From NCBI GenBank assembly GCA_973851085.1, contig OZ316776.1, positions 4,402,001 to 4,466,000 on the forward strand: a stretch of DNA of 64,000 bases, given 5' to 3'. The translations under genes and the position numbers were made by a program. This document shows, in pieces, positions 13,401 through 28,000 of the stretch; position 1 is the first letter of the stretch; each line of letters starts with the position of its first letter. The notes beneath the pieces are model-generated. The model worked only from the letters and a program-made list of their open reading frames with translations, did not search any database and was not told the origin of the DNA. The DNA is from Ptychomitrium polyphyllum (lineage: Eukaryota).

Positions 13401-16400
13401 GTTCTTCGACAGGTTTGCATGTCGTGATACACGAACCTCATGTGGGATGAGCACAGGGTTTACAAAAACCAATCAGTTACATTTAGCAGTCATTTCACAA
13501 CGACGAAAACTAAAAGGATATACGAATTGATGTCTCTGAATAGTCGAATGGAAATACAGAAGGCTTGTCAAGAACCGTTAGTTGAGGATTGGTCCAGAAG
13601 ACATGAACCTCAGAGTGATCCTTCCGTTATTTTATTGTGTTGAGCAGCGTGGTCGTGAAGGGCATCGTGTGTCATAAGAATGTGCAAAATCGACGCATGA
13701 CTTCTCGTTTCAAGAACCCTCGACTTCTCTTATTGGGTGGAGCATTGGATTATCACCGTGTTTCCAACCAGCTCTCATCTCTCGACACGTTATTGCAACA
13801 GGTATGGGCAGTTGAAGAGGTCGAGAGTGCATTTGAAGACATGTTTCATTGCGAAGATTTTCACGTACTTCTGTTGATACTGTCAGGCTCCGTACCACAG
13901 CTAGCTGTATGCAGCACTAGATACTTGAATTAGTGACAAACCTTGTGGTTCCAATTTGAAGAGCATCAGTGAAGCTGTTAAGCACGGGAAACTGTCTAGA
14001 CTTAAGGGCTTATCAATGTTGTGAAGTTTCATGTTTGATAAGGTTCCAACCTGAACCGCAGGGTTGCTAACTACGGTGTGATATCTTTGGTGAAGAACTC
14101 GTTCGTATGAGGGTGCACATAGGCACGAGGAATGTTTACCTTCATGAGTGTACACGTGTACACCAAGGAGTAAATACCACTTTGAAAACCTGGTAGGTCT
14201 ATAGGACGACGAGGCACGTTATGTTAAGAGTACAGTAAGAAAGTGTTCAACTAGACCATGTCGATAAGATTACAAGAGCAGCCTTTTAGTTATTTCATAC
14301 GTCGGCTTTTTGCAGGAGAGGGATCACCTCAGCATGACAGTTGCTCGAATTGAAGCGCACCATCCCAACGTCCTCTTAGTGGAGAAAACAGTTTCGAGAT
14401 ATGCACAGGACAAGCTGCTGGAAAAAGAGATCTCAGTGGTGTTGAACGTCAAGAGGCCACTTTTGGAGCGCATAGCCCGTTGTACTGGTGCTCAGGTCAG
14501 TTTTGCATTTGCCTTTGCCTGCCATCAGCTCGTAATCTTTGAGCTGGCAAGTTTTAGATTAGGGAAGGCAGCTGCTTACTCTCGTCTTTGGGACGGAGAT
14601 GATAGATACTTTTTCTGACGCAGTTACGAAATCATCATGGCTTGCCATCCAGGAACTGGATAACCTGAGTTGTTTGTCCTAAAACTCTGGTAAACCTTTG
14701 TCTGGTTCATTTGCCCCATGATAGTTACTGGCCACAGCTGTTTCGTAGTACGCAACTCTGGTTTTGTACGTCTTGTTAACTTTACACTTTGTGTATTAAG
14801 TTCGTCCAATTGAACCTGGATAGAACCCCACGGTTTTTGGCTTACGTGGATTTATCCTTTCCGTTGAGGTGCTTTACATCTCCTATCACAATTTCAGAAG
14901 TTTTCTTACTTTCATGATGTTGCGTTATTTTCACTCTTCGACGTATATTGTTGCACTGATAACATAGAACGCAAAGCCGACAGTAGCGATGAGGTTTCTG
15001 CTGATTGTGCTTACTCTCGAGGAGAGAACGAATTGGGGCATTTACTGATTACTTCAATCTGGCAGATAGTTGCTTCTCCAGAATACCTCATGGCTCCAAC
15101 GGCCGGTCAGTGTGAACTCTTTCACATAGAGAAGTTTGCAGAGGAGCATGATTTTAAGGGTCAGGGAGGTAGACCAGGTCCAAAGTATCTCATGTTTTTT
15201 GAAGGCTGCCCAAGACCTTTGGGTTGCACTGTGCTGCTCCGAGGTGCATCTACAGAAGTACTGAAAAGCGTGAAGAAGGTTGTCCAGTTTGCAGTTTTTG
15301 CTGCATACCATCTAGCTTTGGAGACCTCCTTCTTGGCAGACGAGGGTGCCACTCTACCTGAACTTTCAACTTCATCTCCGATGGGCACAGTTCCTGGCAT
15401 GCAGCGGGCTTTGGACAGGGCAGTTTCTACCGTGTCTGGCTTTGCCAATCACTCATCATCTGACCACCAGTTGGTAAGCACAATTCCGTAGTTGTGCATG
15501 ATTTTCTAGACGTTGTGAAGATATGTGTAGGTAACGAGGTTGTTTCAATGAGACTGGTGACCACTTTTGTATAATAGATCATATATTTCTTTTGCTCATG
15601 TTGACCCTTTCTGGCCTTATTGTACAAGCTTGCTCTGCCTAACCGAATAGAACGTTCTCATTTTATTTTGTTGTTTTTAATGGATATATTCGTCACGGAT
15701 GTTCTCTTTCTTCACATGGAATTTAATCTGGTGGCTTGGTTGAACGTAAGAATTCTGACTCTACGTAAGAATTCAAGCACCGTCTTGCTGTTGGCATAAG
15801 AGAATGTGCTCTGAGGCTTCTTTGGTGCTGACAGGAAAAGGGATTCAGCCCGCAGCTTTCTTCTACTCGGGACGTGCACCAACTAGGGAAACTGTCTGAG
15901 CCGGAGAATGCAAGGGACATTATTGAACGCCCCACCGCCCAGGGTACACTGGTGAAGGATGATTTCCTGCCACTACTGTCAGACCATCAGAGTATCCTGG
16001 TTTTAATATCAAGTCGCTGTTTACGCAAAGGGAGTGTTTGTGAACGTCCTCACCTCAAGCGTATCAAGTATTATGGAAGTTCCGATAAGCCTCTCGGAAT
16101 GTTTTTGAAAGATTCCCTTTTCAACGTGGTGAGTTGTTGTATACTTACCTCTACATACTTTTACCGCTGTGTGTTTTCTCAATGCTTTCAGCGTATAAAG
16201 CTGGTCGAAGTGGTTCAAGGACCATTGTTGTATAATAAGCTTAGTATGGGAGTAGGATTGCAGAGTTTGCTTGCCTCACATTGGTCGGAAGGGTAGAATT
16301 ACTATAAAGCTCCCAATATCACTTTGATAGGCCAGCACCTCAAGTTCATTCTTAGTGGCATGATGGTTTATAAGGCTGATATCTGCCTTTTATGACCTTT

Positions 16401-19400
16401 TCTCATACGCTGCATTATCGACAGTGCTGATAGTGTCCTGCTGGCAGTTGATGTTGATGCTGATACTAGAAATGTTTTTGAGTCAAGTTCATCTACACGG
16501 TAACCATCTTCTGCGCTTGTGAAGTCGTCCTGGGTTGTGTTAAAGGTGAGAAATTTGTTTGTCTCAACAGAGCAGCAGTTGCGGTTTTTGTGAGGAGCCA
16601 CTGGATTCGCATGTTCATTACTACACCCATCGTCAGGGGAGTTTGACTATTTCAGTGCAACGAGTGAGGGGCACTCCGCTTCCAGGTGAGAAAGATGGAA
16701 GGATATGGATGTGGCATCGATGTCTTCGTTGTCCCCGGACAGATGGCGTTCCTCCAGCAACAAGGAGACTCGTAATGTCTGACGCTGCTTGGAGCCTTTC
16801 GTTTGGGAAGTTCTTAGAACTGAGTTTCTCAAATCATGCCGCAGCTAGTCGTGCCGCAGCTTGTGGTCACTCTCTGCACAGAGATTGTCTGAGATTTTAT
16901 GGGTATGACATGCTGCCACTTTTTCTGAGTTCTGCATTTTCTATGTATTGTTGGGGTTTCCACACTGCGTTCTATACTGTTCAATGCTACTTATGCTGAT
17001 GACCAATTTAGTGTCCACAGTACCAATCTGTTTGTGGTGGGTTCAGATGTGGCAACTTCGTGGCTTGCTTTAAATATGCGACTATCAACGTGCACTCTGT
17101 TGCTGTCCCTTCTCCTCAGCTGGAGTTCCACAGTTCTAAGCAACAGGGCTGGCTTTTGAATGAAGCTAGTGAGGTATTCAAATTCTGGCAATTTTGATTG
17201 CATTTGACATCTTGTATCTTATATGTGTCACCTTGTGCAAGTCATTTGTTTAGCTTCTGACATTCCACAGTCACGAGTAACAGCTTCTCACCTGAGTGTG
17301 TGGGGCATGCGACAGGTTGCGGATAAATCAAATCTAGTGTTTGCCGAGATCTTCAACGCACTAGGTGTGCTTGGGGAAAAAATTGCGAGTTCGAAGTTCT
17401 TGCACTCCAGTACCAAACTCTCTGATGCTAGGCGGCAGATTGCGGAGTTGGAAAGCGTGTTGCAGAAGGAGAAAGCTGAGGTCGAGGTATGTCATTCAAA
17501 CCTATCCTGCCTATAATGTATCTGGAGCATCTAAGGACTTCCTGTGGATATCCAGGGTGTAGGTCATCTTCGTTCTATTACATGCAGTGGTCGAGACTTG
17601 CGTGAGAGTCATGTTATTGAGCGTTTATTATTGCATGATCTCTAGCATGCTGTCTTGCAGGCAGAACTAGAGAGGGCTGCACCCCTGAACCCATTACGAG
17701 AACAATTGGTGGCTGACATCTTAGCGCTCAACAAAATAAGACGACACCTTGCAGATATTTCTGCTGCATGGGACATACGTCTCTATCATCTTTCTTGCTC
17801 CCTTCATTTACGACAGCAGATGAGAAGCTCTGATCCAGGCTTTCTTGATACATCGTTGTTGCTTTTTAAAGTTGGCAATACTTCATTTGGAAAATCCAGA
17901 GAGGCAGATACTAGCGTCACAGCAAAGGAAGAGCCAATAATCAGTGCAGTTCCGGAGGTGGGAGCTCGAATACAGCAAGATCAGGTTGATACTTCTGCTG
18001 GACATATGATAGAGCAGGGTGCGCAGAAGCAGCGGATTGTGGAGGGTACTTTGGAGACCAGTGGTGAACCTGGTATTGCTGGTGAGGACGTTGTGGAGAT
18101 TCTCACTCCTTCCGTATCTTCAAGTGATGTTGCCGATACTCGTTTGCCGAGGAACATGACGACGATTTCTGTATCTGGTGTTCACCCGTTATTGCTTGAT
18201 GACGCTGAGGGAAGGCCTGGAACAGACTTTGTCAACGCTCTTGGCCTCTCAAAACAACTATCAAGTTCTTTTCCTATTGCTGGTGCTCTTGAAGAGTTTG
18301 CGAGTGCGGAAAGTCAGGAACCATCTCGAGAAGGTTTCACAAGATGTCTTTCACACAGATTGATTTCAGTCCATTGTTTCGACCAGGTTATGCTGTTTGA
18401 TAGAATATGGTTGAGGAGCGGAGCGCAACAGTGTGAGGTCTAACTTTAGTTGTTGAAATGGCCTCCGTGTGCAGCTATGGCAATCCTCAGCTGCCCGCAT
18501 GACGACGATGTGGGTTTGAGTAGTTCGCTACCAGAAGGATTTAGCCCCGCTACTACAGACTCAGAGAACGTTGAAGTGGCCTGGGCAGAGAATGCCAGCA
18601 GCGCCGATGTCTCCAATGTGCATGAAGTTGGAAGCTTTCACAAAGGGTCATCTGCTCCTGCAAACATGGAGAGTATTGCCGTTGAATCTCCCCAAGGGCT
18701 GTCTCTGGTGGATAGTAAAGATATACCTTTAGAAGGGAAGGAACCGGTCGAGAAAAGTGATAGTGCCTTGCCAGCAAATGGCCCAACATCCCCATTGAGA
18801 TCAAGCGCGATGGACAAAGAACCATCCGAGGTCGGTGGAAGCACATTGCCAAATCTGTACAGTAAAAACGTGTATAGTCGATCAGGATCTGCTCAGAGTA
18901 GCGTTGCAGGATCTCCGCCCAGGCCAATCTCAACGACACCCATGATTGTTTCACTTACTGGGCATCTATCCGCCCCTGGTGGCCCACGGCTCAATCTCCC
19001 ACCTGGCATTAGTGACACTAGAATCAATGTCTATGATGACGAACCCACGAGTATCATTGCATATGCCCTTCTCACTCCAAAATACCAGGCAAGTGATTTC
19101 AGTGGATACACCTCATGCATCCGCACCATCCTTAAACATGAGGTTGCTGGTTACTCTTGTGCTTGTTCTGTTATTGTGTTACTGTTGCAACATCATGGTG
19201 TGATGGGGAATGGAGATCTGATGTAATTTTTCGTTGTACCTTGCCACGGTGAACTAACTGGAATCTTCTTTTTCTTACTACAGGCAGACCTTTGGGAAGC
19301 AGTAGCAGAGAACGACAGGGAGAAACCCAAAGAAAAGTTACGAGAGAACGAGGAAAATGAGAACGCAGACTTCTCAAGCGTGATAGATTCAATTCATCAT

Positions 19401-20940
19401 TTGGAAGACTCTACTGGCGGCATCGATGTAGATAACGACTTGATCCATAAAGAGAAGATGCTGAGGACGGCTTCCATGGAAGTGCTGACACCAAGAGAGA
19501 AGCGAGATGTGAAGGTGGCGTTTACAGATCTCAGTCAAAGCGCGAAAGTGGAGTTCCGTGTCACTTGCTATTATGCAAAACAATTCGATGCACTCAGGAA
19601 AAAGTGCTGTGGAGGAGATTTAGATTATATCCGCTCAATGAGCAGATGCAGGAAGTGGGGAGCTCATGGAGGAAAGAGCAATGTGTTTTTCGCGAAGACC
19701 ATGGATGATCGATTTGTGGTCAAACAAGTGACGAGCACCGAGAAAATGTCTTTCCTGGACTTCGCTCCACAGTACTTCAACTATCTCACGGAGTCCCTCA
19801 ATTCTGGGAGCCCGACGTGCCTTGCAAAGATCGTTGGAGTGTACAGGGTGGGTATTGCTTCAACAATACCCACAGAATTCAGTGTTGTTCGTTTATGAGT
19901 CACATGAATGGATGTGTTATGTTGTCTACGTACGTTCTTACATTGTAGGAGCGTTTTGGCAGGTGTCAGTAAAGCAGGCTAAAGGGAACAAAGAGCTCGA
20001 CTTACTTGTGATGGAGAATCTTCTGTATTCACGCAATGTGAGTCGCCTGTATGATCTGAAGGGATCCGTACGGTCGCGGTATAATTCCGACCTCACAGGA
20101 AACAACAAGGTGCTGCTGGATGAAAACCTACTCGAGATGATGCCCACGTCTCCAATTTTTGTCAGCAACAAAGCTAAGCGCTTGCTGGAAAGGGCTGTTT
20201 GGAATGACACAGCCTTCCTTGCGGTTAGTACTGACAGATGACTCTGAATCCAGTACGATAGACGGCCTTCTAACCTCCGTGCAGAGGAGTACCTAAGAGC
20301 GAACAAGAGTTTTGATCCTCTAGAGTTATCTACTGGGAATCTTACTTCGTGCAGGGCTTCCTGAATCTTTTGTTTCAGTTGGAGCTTTTTCGTTTGTCTT
20401 CTGACTAGATAGCAAGAATGTTCTGTTCACCCATCATGCAACGGGAGAATTTATTTTTCAAGCTGTCCTTGAATGTTTGTTGCGCTAGCGTGGTGACGGT
20501 GAGGATTTCTTATGGCCGTGTGTGCGTTGGTGTGCTCCCTACATCCATTAATGGGAGCATCTTCGATATCTGATACTGGTACTTGGATTGTGTTACAGGG
20601 AGTACACGTAATGGACTACTCTCTGCTTGTTGGTGTGGACGAAGAGCGACAGGAGTTAGTACTAGGTATGATCGATTTCATACGTCAATATACATGGGAT
20701 AAACACCTGGAGACTTGGGTCAAAGCTTCTGGCATACTCGGTGGACCGAAAAATGCAGCTCCAACTGTGATCTCTCCAAAACAGTACAAAAAGAGGTTCC
20801 GCAAGGCTATGTCCACCTATTTCGTCATGGTGCCTGATCAGTGGAGCCCTCCGGCCATCGGACCTTCCCGAAGAAGTGAATTAGCTTTATCTGAAGATGC
20901 GCCGGCAGTTGGTGCTCCTTCGAAAGTGACTAAATTATAG
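10473..20940 (+). CDS. FAB1: 1-phosphatidylinositol-3-phosphate 5-kinase FAB1/PIKfyve (Cpn60/TCP1-like domain, CCR region, PIP5K domain)
   Basis: Exons: 10473-10501 (tentative start), 11870-12055, 12427-12652, 12823-12975, 13230-13390, ~13648-13801, 14316-14495, 15066-15473, 15835-16128, 16571-16902, 17047-17173, 17316-17486, 17661-18333, 18475-19088, 19284-19847, 19963-20223, 20599-20940. Motifs: MRAIVDGHFRALVAQLL, MDPGGYVKVKCIASG, FEGCPRPLGCTVLLRG, WMWHRCLRC, CGHSLHRDCLRFYG, GGKSNVFFAKT.DDRF, MENL, YDLKGS, VMDYSLLVG, IDFIRQYTWDK, PTVISPKQYKKRFRKAM. Confidence 0.96.
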
Positions 20941-22846
20941 CATGTAATATGTCGAGGGATAGAAGGATGGGTATGGTGGCTGCTTCATCGTCCGTTGTCT
21001 TCAGTGTCTGTACTAGAGTGTACCCTTCCCAAAGAGTCATTGAAGGTGGTACTGGATACTGTCCAGCACCACGACTCTTCGTCCGGTAAACATTTGAAAT
21101 TCATGGGCAGTCATTCTTGTCATTCCGTTTATGTGTATAACTGAATGCTTGGTGGGCAAGTTAGCGAAAGATGGGCAAGGACGTCATGGCCCGGTGAATC
21201 CTGAACTGAGGCAAGCAGTTGCTCGGGAATACGGTAGACTCAATTTAGAGTTTGTGAGGAATTTGATGAACTTTCTCGAGTCATCGATGCATTTCAGAAA
21301 AGAATTGAGAGACCCATAAGTTCAAAGTTTCATGTATGAGGTTGGTGCTTGACAGAAACAGACCACGGGTAGGCGTTCGATTTGTAGGTATTCAGCGACC
21401 ATGTGTTCGGGGTGGGCTAGTCCGAGACCATCACAGCAAAGTCTCTTTCTTGTGCTTCCACTGGAACTCTCCAGACGCAAAATTTGGAAACCGAAGTTGG
21501 AAAATGGTGGATTCCAGCGGAAAAGGTGGTTGTACCTTGTGAACCGTACCTGCTGTGCGAACCCAAACCCATCGACAGAAGTTGGCTCGGGCCATCAATG
21601 GTGACACGAATTCTGTTTGCCTCATCCAAGGGGCCACCCAAAATGCCCTGGCCGGCGCTGACCCCAGGAACCGGCATGAACGTGTGAACAGTCCCAACTA
21701 TAACAGCCAATCTTAGCAAGGCTTCCAAATCCAGGCTTCCTCCAACGCACACCACGGCAGCATCTCCACGAAGCAATTCACCCCCTCAAACCAACGCACG
21801 CTTCCCTCCAAAGTCCCCGAACAACGAACCACTTTCTCTCTTTTTCCCTTTCCTTCGACACAAAAGAAAGCTCCCGAACACCGCCTTTGAACACTCCCAC
21901 ATTCCCCCAAAACCACCAAACCACCAAGTCCTACAATGAATTTCCAACGCTGTAGATCTGCTCCCTCCCAGCGCAGGTTATAGGTGAACGTACGCCGTGT
22001 GAACATACTAGGAGGTGAGGTGTACCCTCATGGTAGATTTGGGGCGCCAACCTCAGTCATGAATGATGTACCAAATGCATAGACTTTGCCCTTGAATGCA
22101 AGTTGGATGATAGTATGGAGACATTGGGATTTGCCACGGTAGATCTAGCGTTCTAAATCCAAGCACTAACAAACGATCTATCAATACTACAAACGAGGCT
22201 TCTAAGGCCAAGGTTATAAGAGTTTGTTGGCTTTTTGTTGCTCAAATCTTAAAGATGATGTGAACATCTATAATTTAAAATGCCTTTAGCCAATCAAAGT
22301 TAAAGGGTCGTTTTTCAAACTCATTTATAGTACTTGTAAGTGTAAAAAATCTTTCTAAATAAATTAAAAAGTGGTTATGACCAATATCTTTAGTTAAATG
22401 CTTATTGGTTCAAGGTAACAAACTTTTACTGGTCAAAAATTGCATCTCCCTCCTTGAAAGCTAAGTATACTTATTAAGAAAGTCATTAGATTTATCTTAA
22501 ATTTTAATATGGAACAACAAAATCAAAACAAGACAGTGATACACTCCATTTGCTTGGCAATGATTCAAGACATGTGCACTCATAGAATAACCAAGGTTCT
22601 CAAAAGTAGTAAAATCCTAAACATGACCATAAATACACCTACGACCACAGGAAAGCAGAGAAGAGTCTATGGCACAATGTCCATGTCAGCTCGTGCTGCA
22701 ACTACCTCCAGTTTTACGTTCTCTGTGTGTGGTCCGCCAGTGAAATGTACGCCCTCGCTAGACAATCGCGGTCGTAGGAACAGCGACGGTAGTGGGGCCA
22801 GCAAGAGCGAGAGAGAGAACGGGGCGTGAGCGAGGGGTTAGGGTTT

Positions 22847-22909
22847 GTTGTTTTGCGCTTTGCGTTGTTTTGCGCTTTGCGTTGTTTTGCGCTTTGCGTT
22901 GTTTTGCGC
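22847..22909. repeat. Tandem repeat (GTTGTTTTGCGCTTTGC) x~3.7
   Basis: Three exact 17-bp copies plus a partial fourth, immediately after a TAGGGTTT telo-box-like motif. Confidence 0.9.
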
Positions 22910-25015
22910 ACTCACTGGCTCGCTGCTCGATTCGCTACTAGCGCTCCGAAACCACCACACCATCTAGTCATGTCTTTTCATTATAGACAACACCACCCAA
23001 AGCAGCGTCATTGTGAGTTGCTCCAGCCAACAAAGGCACCGGTTTGCACATCGATCTGAACGACGCATGCCACCCCACCCCAGGCATGTGACCAGAGCCA
23101 TGCACGTCAGCAGAATCCACTCCAGACAGTCCCCTCGACTTATTCCCGGATGAACAGCTCCCACCTTCCAGCCCGTGATCGCACCCTCATTGGACATCGC
23201 CCCTCGCTTCTCGTCTACCTTTTTGCTAGCGCCGATTATTCTCTGCACTCCGCTCAGTCAAACCTGAACCGCCCCACCTGGACTCCAGATTTACATTTCC
23301 TCCAGATCTCACGCCCCAGCTCAACCTCCCTTCCGACTTCCCACCTCTCAAATCTTTCCAGCACTAACACCACTACTCCACGAAAATCTACCAAAACAAC
23401 ACCAGCGAGGTTGCTCGAAAAAGTCGCCAGAATGGAGAGACTGGGAAGTAAGACGCTTCTCAGATCTCCACCCCGTTCCATATGATCTTCCTTTGCCGTA
23501 GTTCCGCTCCACAACTGCGCAGGTTGGAGGTGATTTTACACTGAGTGAACATAGGAGGTTGTAAGGTGTACCACTTTTGTAGACCTCAGTTAGGAGATGA
23601 TCTACAAGTCGCATAGACCATTCACTCGAGTGGAGGTTGAGTGGAAGGTTGAGTGCAGGTTGAGTCGGGTTGTTGGAAACGCTGCGATGTACAAGGAGTA
23701 TAGACCTCGCGCTCCAAACGCAATCAGAAACGAATGGTCTAGGCGATCTCTAGATCGTCTTTGCGCATGTTTGAGTTGGGTTGAAATGTGCTCAGGGTGG
23801 AGAAAGACGGCAAGCGAAATGAAGGAGTGGGGTAGAGGGGGGCGATAAACCCCGGGGCAGGGGCGGGGGGAGCGGGGGTGGAGAGTAGGAGGCAGTTGGA
23901 TGTCACTCGACGCGCCTCGAAGTGGTTCGACTTCGTCGCGGCGTGACGACGGGTCATGTGCAGCGCATCATTCTGCGCTTCTCATGACGGCGACGAGCGC
24001 GAGGCTGTGAGGTAAGCTGGAGGGATACGATGTGATGCGTGGGGAGCGCGCGTGGTGATGAGGCATCGGCACAGGCTGATTTGGGAACGGAGGGTGGGGT
24101 GGAGATGGAGTGAGGAGGTGCGCAGGCTTAAGGGGGAGATTTTGATGGTGGAGCTCTTTCAAGGACGTGGTGCGTGGTTGAGGAGCAGGTGTGGAGCGCG
24201 AGTTTAGTGCGCGGGATGTGAGGGTTTAGGGTGCAGTCACTGGAGGGGGAGGTTATGGTGGATGGGGATTGGGAGGTTGGACATGGGATGCGAGGACGCG
24301 CCGGGGATTTGATGTGATGTGAGGTTAGTTTGATGTGCGTTCACGTTTTGAGCTCTCTGTGTGTCTTGGTGATGTGGGAGTGGTGCACGAGTTCGTGTGG
24401 GTTTGGAGAGCTTTCGATGTGAGCGGCACTTGTGAGCTTTTCGCGGGAATTTGAATGGGCTTGAGTTTTGAACTCTGTGACGGACGGTGAGGTGAGTGGA
24501 GCTGGTCTTGCGTTTCTTGGCGAGGTTGCGCGTGTGTGTGGGGGGGGGGGGTTGATTTGGCGGTGTGGAGGTTTTTCAATTGGGTCTATGGGTTGAAATT
24601 TAGCTGACTAGGGACGTCCTTTGGAAGAATTGGTGTTGAGCTCGTGAGATCGGAAGAATCTTGGGATTCGTGGTGGACTATGCGTGATAAGCTACTCGTT
24701 CCGTTCGTTCTTGGTTCGAAACCTACACGAACGGCGAGGTTGGTTTACAATGGTTATTCGCGGTAGCGGTTTTCACTTCGGAAATTGTGCGAAGAGATCT
24801 CGGCAGAATTCTCGAGTAGCACATGGGTTGGCTCTGGTTGGGGGTGAATTCTCGGGTACGGACGTGGTTCTTGTTTGCGAGCTCTTCTGTGGGCGTGACC
24901 TCCATGTTGTTGAAGGATGAGGACTGAGGTTTACTTCACTGTAGTGTACAGCACTCTTGATTATTGTAGGCGACGGGTTTTACAGGACATGAAGGGCAGC
25001 ATTCTGTGAGCAGCC

Positions 25016-28000
25016 ATGAAGAGGAGGACAAATGTGCATCCTCGAGGGAGGTGGAGGACGGGAGGGCTCCTCTTGGCGGGAGCAGCTTTCGTTCTGTTTG
25101 TGTTAGTAAAGCTGCAGATGCTGGTCGTGCGTGATTCACCTGACTTGCCTCAGTTTCCAGCGACGGGTTTTGAGATTCCGCAATTTAGTAATACGACGAA
25201 ACATAAGCTGGCGTTCATGTTCATTGCTCGTCAACATATGCCGCTGGACATTTTGTGGGAGCATTTCTTTGAGGTGAATGCTGAACCCATGTTTGCGTCA
25301 GGTAGGGTTTTAGATCGTGTGAGTTATTGCGAGACTTCCTGCAATTCTTAGGGCCAAATGTAGATTTCTGTGACTGCTGTTGTTTCATATTTGCAAGAGC
25401 GTTAGAGCGAGGTTTCGTATGACGGGTTTGGATTTAAGTCGCACAAAACGGGAGTCAAGTTTACGATAGAAGATTAACAGGATGGGTTGCAGGGTTCTGA
25501 AGAACATGAATACAGTGTCTACATTCATTCTAAGCCTGGCTACATATTCACGAATCAGAATACAGTCTGCCGCTCGTTTGTCAATCGTCAGGTGCAGAAC
25601 TCTGTACAGGTAAGCCTACAACGCAGACTCGCTTATAGACTACTAAAACAGACTTTGTTTAATTTTTTTGCTTTTTTCTTCTGTGCGAGTCAAGAGCGAA
25701 TATGGGCTCAGCTTGAAGCTCTGTTAATCAGACTTAGCCAGCCATGTTGGGTTTTGCAGGTAGAATGGGGAGAGCCGACTATGATTCTAGCGGAACGAAT
25801 CCTAATAAATGAAGCCCTGCAGGATCCCTTGAATGAGAGATTCTTTCTCCTATCTGATAGGCATGTTGGGATATCTTTCGCCACTTACTGTTGTTTCTTG
25901 AATTGATAATTTTATGGACTAGTTTCTTTGCTTCTGGGGTAGGAGGTCTTAAATCACTTCGTGCAATCCGTACATGTGTTACGGAGTCAAGTTTTAGTTG
26001 ATATTGGCATTAATGCTTTTTTCTTCTTATGCTTATGTTTGTTGAACAGTGAAAGTGGGCGATAGAATTTGCCAGTATTGATTGCCTTTGACAATCTTTT
26101 GAAACACGTTAGTTTGGCTTGCAGCTGTATTCCTCTTTACAATTTTAGATACGTGTACGATTACGTGATGTCCTCTCGAAAGAGCTTCGTCGATAGGTAT
26201 TAATCTCTAAATTCGCATTCTATCTTTTGTTGTAAGGTAACACTATTGTGCAGGTACAGCATATATGTGCAGTTTTTTTGTAGTGGGCATCAGCTTGTCG
26301 TTTATGCAGACAAACTTATTGTCAAATTTAAGATGCTTCTTAGATTTGTTTATAAGGTGTTGTATGTATTTATTTATGACGTAATTGAGTTCGAGTATGA
26401 GTGTAACTAGTATACGCTGAGCTTCCGTAATAGACATCCTGACAATTTTGTTTGATCAGTTTTTACGACTATGAAGATTGGCAGTACAACATCCTAATGG
26501 ATCCCGTTATTTCACGAGACAAGTGGCGCAAAGGATCTCAGGTATGTGTAGACCCCTAATTTACGTAATCTTGTTCCAACTCTAATTAGAGATTTTTCTT
26601 TGCCTGAAAACAACATGGGTGGACATTGGCTGTACTGTTTATGTGTTTTAAAAAGCGTGGCGATAGAGTTGCTTATGGTAAATAACAGAATGTGGATGTT
26701 CGGCTGTTGATAGTGGGTTTCACTTACGAGAAAGCACGCTGAGATTATTGCTGCGGATTCAACTGTGTTTCCCACTTTCGTTAATCATTGCAAGGTCTGC
26801 TCTAGCTTCCTCCTAGCGCTTTGTACTTTCATGTCATGCTTCTTGATGTTTGCCGAACAAGCCTTCAGCACGGACATGCAACAGTATTTTTAGAATGTAT
26901 AGTTCTAGGGCATGGAATGTTCCATCACGTTAAGAGTGTTCTTGCTGTATAGTATTGTAATGTATTAAGATGTGTGTTGTTTATGTGAGCACCTCTTCTT
27001 ATGTCTTCATCAAAAGAGAACTCTCAGCAGTCTTTGCTCAGAATTGAAAATTAGGGGATCCTCGTAACTATTACAGAATCTGCGCTGTACAAATTCAGGT
27101 GATCTAGAGGTTTATGTCGCCTTATTGTTCTCCGTCATTGCATCAGTGTTTTTATTGCAAGATAGACGCTTCAAAGACGTGGAGTGGATCGTTAGCCAAA
27201 TGGTTGCAGAAGGTAGCTCTGCGTAACGTGAAAGCTGACTTTGTGGTAAGGCTGTGTTCCTAAATCATTCTTCTCTTGTCGTTCTGACGCTACTTGCACC
27301 TTTGTACACAATTTGAACAGAGGAATTAGATTAAATCGTATGGATTTGGGTGTTATACCTGTGTTGTGGCAAATAAAAGGTGTTCGTATGTGCTTGACTA
27401 ATGAGTTTCTTCGACTACAGAATAATGAAACCGACAGTCATCACAATTGTATACCAGACGAGCATTACATTCAGACACTTTTAGCGGTAAGCGCTATCTT
27501 TGATCTTAACGTGGTCTGTGGTTATCCAAGCGGTTGGACTTTTCATCTGTGGTTGTATATATCCTTCTGTTAACTAACGTGGTTTACATTACTTTTCAAG
27601 GTTTACATTAATTTCCAAAGTTTACATTAGTTGGCTTCTATGATGAATAGTGTGCACCAATCACAAGATATTTGAGTGGCACTAGTACGGAGTTCAGTTT
27701 GATGTGTGTTCACTATTTGGTGTTGTTGTTCATCAAAAAGTAGTAACTAACATCATGTCTGTTTCTTGACATGTGTTGTAAACTAGTCTGATCTGGGTTG
27801 AACATGGGTGCAGATGAAGGATATGGAAGGCGAACTCGAACGTCGAACGTTGACATATAGTCGCTGGGAGAATTCTGGGGCGGACTGGCACCCTGTTACG
27901 TTCGATTATGATGCCTCCTTTCAGACCATCGGAGATATTCAGGTTCGTCCTCGAACTGCAACTGCAGCATAATTTCCTTATCACTGACCAGCTCTGCGGC

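Noticed and set aside
21131..22006. Cluster of short ORFs downstream of FAB1
   Set aside because: No motif or consistent exon chain; probably 3'UTR/intergenic.
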